Below, piece by piece: positions 37,501 to 47,379 of a stretch of DNA of 64,000 bases. The translations under genes were made by a program, and so were the position numbers. Under the pieces are notes generated by a model. It made no database searches and was not told the DNA's origin. It saw nothing but the letters and a program-made list of their open reading frames with translations. Within the stretch, counting starts at the first letter, position 1; each line of letters starts with the position of its first letter. This DNA is from Malacoraja senta (lineage: Eukaryota): assembly GCA_038087875.1 (NCBI GenBank), contig JAXLNO010001219.1:1-64000 (forward strand). The letters run 5' to 3'.

Positions 37501-40500
37501 GTCTGCATACCAGGGTCCTCAGGGAGGTGGCTCTAGAAATAGTGGACGCATTGGTGATCATTTTCGAATGTTCAATAGATTCAGGATCAGTTCCTGTGGA
37601 TTGGATGATAGCTAATGTTATCCCACTTTTCAAGAAAGGAGCGAGCGGGAAAACGGGGAATTACCGACCAGTTAGCCTGACTTTGGTGGTGGGAAAGATG
37701 TTGGAGTCAATCATTAAAGAGGTAATAATGGGGCATTTGGATAGCAGTAAAATGATTAGTCCAAGTCAGCATGGATTTATGAAAGGAAAATCACGCTTGA
37801 CTAATCTTCTGGAATGGTTTGAGGATGTGACAAGTAAAATGGATGAAGGGCAGCCAGTGGATGTAGTGTCACTCGACTTTCAGAAAGCCTTTGATAGGTC
37901 TCGCATGGGAGACTGGTGACTAAAATTAGAGCACATGGTACTGGTAGGGTGTTGACGTGGATAGAAAATTGATTGGCAGACACGAATCAAAGCGTAGGAG
38001 TGAACGGGTCCTTTTCAGAATGGCATGCAGTGGCGAATGGAGTGCCGCAAGGCTCGGTGTTGGGGCCGCAACTGTTTACCATATATATTAATGATTTGGA
38101 AGAGGGAATTAGGAGCAACGCTAGCAAGTTTGCGGATGACACAAAGCTGGGTGGCAGTGTGAACTGTGAAGAGGATGTTAGGAGGTTGCAGGGTGACCTG
38201 GACAGGTTGAGTGTGTGGGCAGATGCGTGGCAGATGCAGTATAATATAGATAAATGTGAGGTTATCCACTTTGGTGGCAAAAAAAAGGGGGCAGATTATT
38301 ATCTCAATGGGGTTAGGTTAGGTAAGGGGGAGGAACAGCGAGACCTGTGTGTCCTTGTACACCGGTTACTGAAAGTTGGCGTCCAGGTACAGCAGGCAGT
38401 GAAGAAAGCTAACAAGAGGATTTCAGTACAGGAGTAGAGTGGTTCTTCTGCAGTTGTATAGGGCTCTGTTAAGACCACATCTGGAGTATTGTGTACAGTT
38501 TTGGTCTCCTAATTTGCGAAAGGACATCCTTGTGATTGAGGCAGTCCAGCGTAGGTTCACGAGATTGATCCCTGGGATGGCGGGACTGTCTTATGAGGAA
38601 AGATTGAAAAGACTAGGCTTGTATTCACTGGAGTTTAGAAGGATGAGGGGGTATCTTATAGAAACATATAACATGCTTTTTATTTTTTAAAGACTGGACA
38701 AGCTAGATGCAGGTAAAATGTTCCCAATGTTGGGCGAGTCCAGAACCAGGGGCCACAGTCTTAGAATAAAGCGGAGGCCATTTAAGACTGAGGTGAGAAA
38801 AAACGTTTTCACCCAGTGAGTTGTGAATTTGTGGAATTTCCTGCACAGAGGACAGTGGAGGCCAAATCACTGGATGGATTTAAGAGAGAGTTAGATAGAG
38901 CTCTAGGGGCTAGTGGAACCAAGGGATATGGGGAGAAGGCAGGCATGGGTTATTGAGTGGGGGCGTTCAGCCATGATCACAATGAATGGCGGTGCAATGA
39001 TAGGGCCGAATGGCCTCCTCCTGCACCTATTTTCTATGTTTCTATGTTTCCATGTTTCCATGTTTCTATAGGGCGTTCCCTGCGGTATTCACCATGACTT
39101 CTCCATCACTAACCTCACCCCATGGTGTGAGATGAGTATAGTTGCCAAACACAACTACTGCTGCTTTGCCTTGCAGTGACCTGCTCTAGTGTGGTACTGA
39201 TAGGAAAATGCATAGTGAATTATGGGCTAAATCACCAACTTGCGGAGTTGGTCAAATTCTCAATGTCAGGCATTCCAACAGCAGGAAGTGTCTCCACCTA
39301 GAACGTGACCCTGTGTGGTAGGCACGTTAAGTCACACTGCTGACCTTGAGATGGTCATGGTGAGCTGCCTTCTGAAGATGTTCCATATTGCAGACAGCTC
39401 TAAACGAACAGTCAATGTCCAAACCAATGTTGGTGGATGTGGAGATGGAGTTGTGAATGGCATTGGGGTGAGATTTGTGGAATGAAGTGCATTGTTTTCT
39501 CTTTGGCATGGTGTTCTCTCCACCGAGGTTGGAACAGGGTTGTAGAACCGCGCTCACAACGTGGTGGTTTCAAGGATAGCTGCAAATATTTGGGTAAATC
39601 CCTCAGATACCACACCACTGCAGTACTGAGGGAGGGCAGCGTGCTAGCTGTAAGATATGAAAACTCCAATAACAGTGGCATGGTGGGACAGCGATATAGT
39701 TGCTGCCTTATTGCCCCAGAGACTTATGTTCGATCCTGACTCCTGTTGCTGTCTGTTCGGAGTTTGTTCCTTCTCTCAGAGACCACGTGGGTGTTCTCCA
39801 GGTGTTCCAGTTTTCTCCCACATTCCAAAGACGTGCAGGTTTGTAGGTTAATTGGCTTCTGTAAATTGTCTCTAGTGTGTAGGGTAGATCTAATATATGG
39901 TGATTACTGGTCGACGCAGATTTGGTGGGCCGAAAGTCCTGTTTACATGCTGTATCTCTAAAATAAATTAAATTAACAACAATACAATTTATTTGTCTTT
40001 TTTGTCTTTTGGACAAATTTTTCATTTGGACCCCGTTGAGGTCCAAACGAAATGTCGTTTCTGCAGCCATACATTACAAAACGAAGAAGACCCGAGACAC
40101 AACACAATTTACACATACATCCATCACAGCGCTGTGATGGAAGGCAAAAAAACGTATCTCTCCACTGCACTCCCCCCCCCCCCCCCCGCCCACCATGTCA
40201 GAGTCAAAGTCAAAGCCCCCGGCGGGCGATTATCCCGCGGCCATTAAAGCCACGCCGCTTAATGCAAGGTCGCGCACCGGGTCTTGGTGTTAGAGCCCCG
40301 GCGCGCGCTCGCAAAGTCCGGCGGCCATTCCAAGCCGTGCGGGGCGACGATGTAAAGCCCCGCTCCAGGTGCTCTTCAACCCCGCAACTCGGGCGGGAGA
40401 AGTCGCCGCTGCGGAAGCCCCGAAAAGCGGTCTCCCACCAGGGGACCCGCGGGCTTCCGGTGTTGCCGTCCGCCAGACCCGCGGTTGTAGCCTCCGAATC

Positions 40501-43500
40501 TCCGGGGGTCTGGAAGCAGCAGCGATTGTCTCCACCACAGCTCCACCCGCTCCGGACTCGGCTAGCCCCGCGACGGTGAGTAGTCCGCAGCTCCGCAACT
40601 GGAGCCCCAGGTCGTTCCTGCTGGAGGCCGCTCCACGTTGCCCAGCCCCAACGACAACGGAGACCCGACAAAGAAAAGGTCGGGTCTCCCGTGCAGGGGA
40701 AAGATTTTAAAGTCCCCCCCCCACCCCCACCGCCACCCTCCCACACACATACCCCGACAAAAAAAAAAAAAAAAAACTACATAAAAACGAGACAAAAATA
40801 ATAAAGAGACAGACGGACTGCAGAGGCCGCTGCAAACGAGTCGCGCCGCCCACCGTTGGATGATAAACTAAACTAAACTAAACCAAACTCAGCTGAACTA
40901 AACTAAAGTAATCATTGCTATTAATGTGTAACAGTTCCCATGCATTGTTTGTGAAGGAGGAGGGAGGGTTCCTTAATGTTTGGGCGCAATTGCTCTTGAA
41001 CCAGTTTCATGATCGTTGGTCAATGTCACCTTACTGTGAGCAGATTAGCTGCTGCGTTACTCACCGAAACAGACTCTACACCTCATCTCCTTTGCTGCAT
41101 ACTTCAAAAAAATCATGAAAGGTGCCATATAAATTGTTGACTTTTGTTCTTTACTGAAGGCCAAGAATCAATGATGAGCCATATCTCACCCTTCCCTATT
41201 CTCTGTCCGACAGGATCACTTACATAGTTGCGTCTGGTGTCGCTGTGCTTCTCCTGATTCTCATCATTGCCTTCTTTTGGTACCAAAAGCGTAAAACCAA
41301 GGGTGAGTTTCTGATTTCCATTAAATAATTTCACAATACTTGTCTCAGTTCCCTCCAGAATGTCAAGAGATTTAATTCTGATCTAATCAACAAATGCCCT
41401 GCATTAAAGTAATACAGTGTTGGAGGAAGCATGGATGATCAATAATGCTATCACGTTTGATGCTATAATGGTGACTCGGTGACAAAAACTATTCTTTTAA
41501 CATCATTGTACTTAAACTGTCTGAGTGTGAAATGGCAGAGATGCGTGAGAACTAAGAGGCTAGGTAGAAGTAAGATTTACATCGATACTCTCATCCTCTC
41601 AGCTGTTAGAATATGCTTCGTGTGATTAGCTGTTGTATTTCAAATCAGATTAAGTCGTGTTTATTGTCACATGCACAAGCATGATGAAGCACTGTTACAA
41701 TGAAGATCACACCTGCAGCCTTACAGGGACATAAACAACGTACAACATACCTGCCTCACACAGAGGGCGGTGGGTATATGACAGGAGCTGCCAGAGGAGG
41801 TAGTTGAGGCAGGGCAGGTCTAGCCTGGACAGGTAATCCAAGATGTGAACACCCATGAACTTGAAGCTGCCAACTATCTTCACTGCCGATGAAAATGTGA
41901 AAGTTCACTGAGCTGTTCCTCAGTCAGAGAGCATTAGTGGAAAGTAAAACAGTAAACATTTCACATCCAAGACCCATTACAACAGGGAAAGAGGGAAAAG
42001 AGGGGGGAACCTCATTGAAAGATCAAATAGTGAAAGGCCTAGATACAGTAGATGTAGAATGGATGTAGAAGGGACTCAAATAGAGAATGCTATTAGACAG
42101 TGTGTGAGGCAGGAGGCAGAGAAGGAAAGCACTCAGACCCAACATGTAGGGGGGAAAGAAGAAAATAATAATAAAAAGAGAATAAGAGGTGGTGGGGTTC
42201 TTAAATGTGTGAGCAGAGAAACAGAGGGGTGTCAAATGCGGGCGGAAGCAATAGGTAGCAAGGTGAAAAGTAAAAGTGGCAGGCAGACAAATCCAGGGCA
42301 AAAATCAAAAAGAGCCACTTTTCAACATAATTGTATAAGGGGTAAGAGCGTTGTAAAAACAAGCCTGAAGACTTTGTGTCTCAATGCAAGGAGCATTCGT
42401 AATAAGGTGGATGAGTTGAACATGCAGATAGCAATTAATGATTATGATAGTTGGGATAACGGAGACATGACTCCAGGGTGACCAAGGCTGGGAGCTGAAC
42501 ATCCAGGGATATTCAATATTCAGGAGGGATAGAGAGAAAGGAAAAGGAGGTGGGGTAGTGTTGCTGGTTAGAGAGGAGATTAACGCAGTGGAAAGGAAGG
42601 ACATTAGCTTGGAGGATGTGGAATCGGTATGGGTAGAGCTGCGAAACACTAAGGGGCAGAAAACGCTGGTGGGTGTTGTGTACAGGCCACCTAGCAGTAG
42701 TAGTGAAGTTGGGGATGGCATCAAACAGGAAATTAGAAATGCGTGCAACAAAGGCAAAACAGTTATAATGGGGGACTTCAATCTACATATAGATTGGGTG
42801 AATCAAATTGGCAGGGGTGCTGAGGAAGAGGATTTCTTGGAATGTATGAGGGATAGTTATCTAAACCAACATGTAGAGGAACCAACGAGAGAGCAGGCTA
42901 TTCTAGACTGGGTATTGAGTAATGAGGAAGGGTTAGTTAGCAGACTTGTTGTGCGTGCCCCCTTGGGCAAGAGTGACCATAATATGGTTGAGTTCTTCAT
43001 TAGGATGGAGAGTGACATTGTTAATTCAGAAACAACGGTTCTGAACTTAAAGAAAGGTAACTTTGAGGGTATGAGACGTGAATTGGCCAAGATTGACTGG
43101 CAATTAGTTCTAAAAGGGTTGACGGTGGATATGCAATGGAAGGCATTTAAAGACCGCATGGATGAACTACAAAAATTGTTCATCCCAGTTTGGCAAAAGA
43201 ATAAATCAGGGAAGGTAGTGCATCCGTGGATATCAAGGGAAATCAGGGATAGTATCAAAGCAAAAGATGATGCGTACAAATTAGCCAGAAAAAGCAGCAT
43301 ACCAGAGGACTGGGAGAAATTCAGAGACCAGCAGAGGAGGACAAAGGGCTTAATTAGGAAAGGGAAAATAGATTATGAAAGGAAACTGGCAGGGAACATA
43401 AAAACTGACTGCAAAAGTTTTTATAGATATGTGAAGAGAAAGAGATTAGTTAAAACAAATGTAGGTCCCTTGCAGTCAGAAACAGGTGAATTGATGATGG

Positions 43501-46500
43501 GGAACAAGGATATGGCGGACCAATTGAATAACTACTTTGGTTCCGTCTTCACTAAGGAAGACATAAATAATCTGCCGGAAATAGCAGGGGGCCGCGGGTC
43601 AAAGGAGATGGAGGAACTGAGTGAAATCCAGGTTAGTCGGGAAGTGGTGTTGGGTAAATTGAATGGACTAAAGGCCGATAAATCACCAGGGCCAGATAGG
43701 CTGCATCCCAGAGTACTTAAGGAAGTATCTCCAGAAATAGTGGATGCATTAGTGCTAATTTTTCAAAACTCTTTAGATTCTGGAGTAGTTCCTGAGGATT
43801 GGAGGGTAGCAAACGTAACCCCACTTTTTAAGAAGGGAGGGAGAGAGAAAACGGTGAATTACAGACCAGTTAGTCTAACATCGGTAGTGGGGAAACTGCT
43901 AGAGTCAGTTATTAAAGATGGGATAGCAGCACATTTGGAAAGTGGTGAAATCATTGGACAAAGTCAGCATGGATTTACGAAAGGTAAATCGTGTCTGACG
44001 AATCTTATAGAATTTTTCGAGGATGTAACTAGTAGAGTGGATAGGGGAGAACCAGTGGATGTGTTGTATCTGGACTTTCAGAAGGCTTTCGACAAGGTAC
44101 CACATAAGAGATTAGGATACAAACTTAAATCTCACGGTATTGGGGGTTCAGTATTGATGTGGATAGAGAACTGGCTGGCAAACAGGAAGCAAAGAGTAGG
44201 AGTAAACGGGTCCTTTTCACAATGGCAAGCAGTGACTAGTGGGGTACCGCAAGACTCAGTGCTGGGACCCCAGCTATTTACAATTTATATTAATGATCTG
44301 GACGAGGGAATTGAAAGCAACATCTCCAAGTTTGCGGATGACACTAAGCTGGGGGGCAGTGTTAGCTGTGAGGAGGATGCCAGGAGACTGCAAGGTGACT
44401 TGGATAGGCTGGGTGAGTGGGCAAATGTTTGGCAGATGCAGTATAATGTGGATAAATGTGAGGTTATCCACTTTGGTGGCAAAAACGGGAAGGCAGACTA
44501 TTATCTAAATGGTGGCCGATTAGGAAATGGGGAGATGCAGCGAGACCTGGGTGTCATGGTACACCAGTCATTGAAAGTAGTCATGCAGGTGCAGCAGGCA
44601 GTGAAGAAAGCGAATGGTATGTTGGCCTTCATAGCAAGAGGATTTGAGTATAGGAGCAGGGAGGTTCTACTGCAGTTGTACAGGGTCTTGGTGAGACCAC
44701 ACCTGGAGTATTGCGTACAGTTTTGGTCTCCAAATCTGAGGAAGGACATTATAGCCATAGAGGGAGTGCAGAGAAGGTTCACCAGACTGATTCCTGGGAT
44801 GTCAGGACTTTCATATGAAGAAAGACTGGATAGACTTGGCTTATACTCGCTAGAATTTAGGAGATTGAGAGGGGATCTTATAGAAACGTACAAAATTCTT
44901 ATGGGGTTGGCCAGGCTAGATGCAGGAAGATTGTTCCCGATGTTGGGGAAGCCCAGGACAAGGGGTCACAGCTCAAGGATAAGGGGGAAATCCTTTAAGA
45001 CCGAGATGAGGAAAAACGTTTTCACACAGAGAGTGGTGAATCTCTGGAACTCTCTGCCACAGAGGGTAGTTGAGGCCAGTTCATTGGCTATATTTAAGAG
45101 GGAGTTAGATGTGGCCCTTGTGGCTAAGGGGATCAGGGGGTATGGAGAGAAGGCAGGTACGGGATACTGAGTTGGATGATCAGCCATGATCATATTGAAT
45201 GGCGGTGCAGGCTCGAAGGGCCGAATGGCCTACTCCTGCACCTATTTTCTATGTTTCTATGTTTCTATTAGTGGGATAGTCTAGGACCAGAGATCATAAC
45301 TTCAGAATTAAAGGACATTCCTTTATGATGGACATGAGGAATAATTTAGTTCGTCAGAGGGTGATGAATCTGTGGAATTCTTTGCCACATAAGGCTGTGG
45401 AGCCCGTCAATAGATATTTTAAGGCATAGATAGATTCTTGATTCGTACAGGTGCCCTGGATTATGGAGGGAAGGCAGGAGAAAGAGGTTAGGAGGGAGAG
45501 ATAGATCAGCCATGGTTAAATGGCGGAGTAGATGGATGGGCTGCATAGCTTAATTCTACTCTTATCACTCATGAACTTATGAAAACCTTTTTAAGCAGAT
45601 TAGGTTAGGGTGATGGACACAAAATGCTGGAGTAACTGAGCGAAACAAGCAGCATCTCTGGAGAGAAGTAATGTGTGATGTTTTAGGTCGAAACTCTTTT
45701 TCAGACTGATGTCAGGCGAGTGGCAGTACTGACATAAAGTATAGTCGGACACAGTAAGACTGGTCAGAGAACTTCGAAGGGGGAGTGGATGGAGGGAGGG
45801 AAAGCAAGGGCTACTTGAAGTTAGAGAAGTCAATGTTCATACCGCTGGGGTGTAACCAGCCCAAGGAAATATGAGGTGCTGTTTCTCCAATTTGTGCTGG
45901 GCCTCACTCTGAGAATGGATGAGGCCCAGGACAGAATGGTTAGTGTGGGAATGGGAGTAGGAGTTAAAGTGTTGATCAACCGGGAGATCAGGTAGGTTTA
46001 GGCAGCTTCAGTGTGAGATGGGGTAGAGTACGGGGAATATGATCCATTCTGAACATTACGTACAGTAACCAAAACAACAGGGCAGATTCTTACTCCATAC
46101 GTGCAAATATACTGCAGTGCCTTTGGGGTTCTCCTAAATATAAGGTCGTGGCAACAACACGTAGATGTTTGTGTGTTGGAAGGAACTGCAGATGGTGGTT
46201 TACACTGAAGGTAAACATAAAATGCTCTAGAAATTAGCGGGTCAGGGGCGACATTTTGCCAGCAGCGCAACAGAAAATCATCAAATATAGTAGTTCTCAG
46301 CTTAGCTGGATAAAAGAAACAGATTGAGTATGTGTGTATGTGTATATATACACACTGAACTTATTTTTCTCTCCCGTTATGTACTATGTCTACATATTCT
46401 GTTGTGCTGCAGCAAGTAAGATTGTCATTGTTCTATCTGGGACATATGACAATAAAACACTCTATACTCTTGAAAAGGAACAGTTGACGTTTCAAGGCGA

Positions 46501-47379
46501 GACCCTTCTTCAGACTGAGAGTCAGGTGAAAGGGAAACAAGAGATATAGAAGGTACATGGAACAAATGAATGAAATATATGAATGAATGATGTTTAAACC
46601 TGTTCATAATATGGCTCTATCGACAACATATTTTCCAGAATTCAAGTGCAATACATCACACGGTGAAGACAACAATGAAATCCAGGTAAAAATGTGAAAT
46701 ATAAATTCTCTGAGTGATGAAAAATATATAATATTGAATTATCTGTGTTTACACAGGCCATTTAGCAACACCAGTCCACTCCAGTTAAGAGAACCAGCAC
46801 AGAAACTGGCCCTTTGGCCCACCGAGTCCACGCCGACCGGTGACCCACGCACACAAAAACTATCCTACGCACACTAGGGACAATTTGCAATTATGCCAAA
46901 CCAATTAACCTACAAACATGTTGTAGGCACTGTCAGGCAACAACTCTACCGCTGCTCCACCATGCTGCGCTATCTTTGTGTTGTAAACAGCAGCAATGGC
47001 CTGTTCTGTACACTGAACAGTTTGAGACCTACTTTGTAATAGACATCTGTTGAGGACCTTTCAAATCTATTAGGTTGTAAAATTGGATTTTGTTATATTT
47101 TAGGAAATGGCAGTGTTGGAAGGGAACCACGTTGATGCAAATCTGCAGCAAATTGGAAACAACAGGGCAGCTGACCATTTGGATAACAATGAAGGTGGAA
47201 TCACGTATGCAGTGGTGAAATGTCAAAGGAAGTCGAGATCAAGGCACCCTGAGACTCACAACACTGTTCTCTACGCAGATGTTAATTTTCATCGCAACTG
47301 CCCAAAGGGCAATCGGAAACCCCACTCTACTAGGGCTCCAGAGAACTCTGAAACAATTTATGCCTCTGTTGTTTCTTAG
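19480..47379 (+). CDS. Gene B: complete 11-exon inhibitory CD300/pIgR-like (MDIR-like) receptor, L-V-V-V-C2-V-C2-stalk-TM-ITIM/ITIM/ITSM, 798 aa
   Basis: Exons of 37+315+315+315+321+312+321+49+89+47+276 = 2397 nt join in frame with canonical AG/GT sites and consistent phases, with no internal stop. Confidence 0.85.
20946..21260 (+). CDS. Gene B exon V1 (CD300/pIgR-like V domain)
   Basis: Acceptor tttcag|AT, donor GACG|gtacgt, 315 nt, phase 1-1. Motifs IDCHY, KYWC-x6-C, DTGWYRCG. Confidence 0.93.
21585..22440 (+). mobile_element. CR1 LINE 3' fragment
   Basis: Decayed RT C-terminus (ORF 21920-22333) plus 3'UTR. Paralogous insertion at 60465-61320. Confidence 0.8.
23436..23750 (+). CDS. Gene B exon V2
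   Basis: Acceptor atttcag|CT, donor GACG|gtacgt, 315 nt, phase 1-1, same V motifs. Confidence 0.93.
23950..25285 (-). mobile_element. CR1 LINE 3' fragment
   Basis: Minus-strand ORFs 24106-24480 and 24482-24994 (FADD motif) and a (ctatgttt)n tail at 23950. Paralogous insertion at 62836-64000. Confidence 0.85.
25480..26600 (+). mobile_element. Penelope-like fragment
   Basis: [15 protein letters not shown] at about 26043 and ctgaagattggtctcgaccggaaacgtc at 26503. Paralog of 28350-29467. Confidence 0.75.
27684..27998 (+). CDS. Gene B exon V3
   Basis: Acceptor ccctttcag|CT, donor GACG|gtacgt, 315 nt, phase 1-1. Confidence 0.93.
28350..29467 (+). mobile_element. Penelope-like fragment
   Basis: Same sequence as 1-836 at offset 28631, extended further 5'. 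Confidence 0.78.
30406..30726 (+). CDS. Gene B exon C2a
   Basis: Same splice sites as 1775-2095. One amino-acid difference (GEHLR versus GDHLR). Confidence 0.9.
31975..32286 (+). CDS. Gene B exon V4
   Basis: Same splice sites and identical translation to 3344-3655. Confidence 0.93.
33484..33804 (+). CDS. Gene B exon C2b
   Basis: Acceptor ttacccacag|AA, donor ACTG|gtaagt, 321 nt, phase 1-1. About 10 amino-acid differences from the gene A C2b. Confidence 0.9.
34636..34906 (-). mobile_element. tRNA-derived SINE
   Basis: Occupies the position equivalent to the SINE at 5932-6260. Confidence 0.65.
35101..35149 (+). CDS. Gene B stalk exon ([16 protein letters not shown])
   Basis: Acceptor ttccaacag|GA, donor AAG|gtaaac, 49 nt, phase 1-2. 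Confidence 0.82.
35395..36420. mobile_element. Penelope-like element with inverted RT and endonuclease parts
   Basis: Minus-strand GIY-YIG/pLTR part at about 35395-36190. Plus-strand RT piece ([29 protein letters not shown]) at 36244-36420. Confidence 0.7.
37150..39065 (+). mobile_element. CR1 LINE, 5'-truncated and frameshifted
   Basis: ORFs 37263-37919, 37973-38437 (FADD) and 38439-38690, with a (ctatgttt)n tail at about 39030-39069. An older CR1 3' piece lies at about 36600-37010. Confidence 0.88.
39675..39975 (+). mobile_element. tRNA-derived SINE whose tail is interrupted by a 0.9-kb insert
   Basis: SINE body ends at ctgtatctctaaa. An (AAACT)n tail reappears at about 40865. Confidence 0.65.
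39976..40860. other. Unclassified GC/CpG-rich 0.9-kb insertion
   Basis: Sharp GC-rich core at about 40190-40740 with an A-run at 40758-40776, absent from the gene A intron. Confidence 0.5.
41214..41302 (+). CDS. Gene B transmembrane exon ([30 protein letters not shown]), uncharged
   Basis: Acceptor gtccgacag|G in phase 2, donor AAGG|gtgagt in phase 1. Hydrophobic core followed by a basic stop-transfer stretch, KRKTK. Confidence 0.88.
42071..45268 (+). mobile_element. Young 5'-truncated CR1 LINE with an 870-aa open ORF2 segment, nested in an older CR1 3' fragment
   Basis: Highly similar to 15943-19138. 2-nt deletion near 42450, ORF 42558-45170. Older CR1 sequence flanks it at 42000-42070 and 45268-45590. 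Confidence 0.92.
45617..45990 (-). mobile_element. Penelope-like 3' fragment
   Basis: Reverse complement of [19 protein letters not shown] plus the pLTR tail. Confidence 0.65.
46639..46685 (+). CDS. Gene B cytoplasmic exon 1 ([16 protein letters not shown])
   Basis: Acceptor attttccag|AA, donor CAG|gtaaaa, 47 nt, phase 1-0. It exactly bridges the TM exon and the terminal exon. Confidence 0.75.
47104..47379 (+). CDS. Gene B terminal exon with ITIM (ITYAVV), ITIM (VLYADV) and ITSM (TIYASV)
   Basis: Acceptor atattttag|GAA in phase 0. Motifs at 47200, 47266 and 47353; stop TAG at 47377-47379. Confidence 0.88.
   Translation, partial: EMAVLEGNHVDANLQQIGNNRAADHLDNNEGGITYAVVKCQRKSRSRHPETHNTVLYADVNFHRNCPKGNRKPHSTRAPENSETIYASVVS

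Larger units (their letters stand above)
28632..39243 (+). repeat. Segmental duplication of 1-7497 (gene A versus gene B ectodomain half)
   Basis: Collinear exons and introns. Near-identical at offset 28631 up to about 3900/32530, more diverged beyond that, with extra TE insertions in B. Confidence 0.9.

Noticed and set aside
40052-40795. Several overlapping 100-178 aa ORFs
   Set aside because: Expected from the low stop-codon frequency of GC-rich DNA; the compositions are low-complexity.
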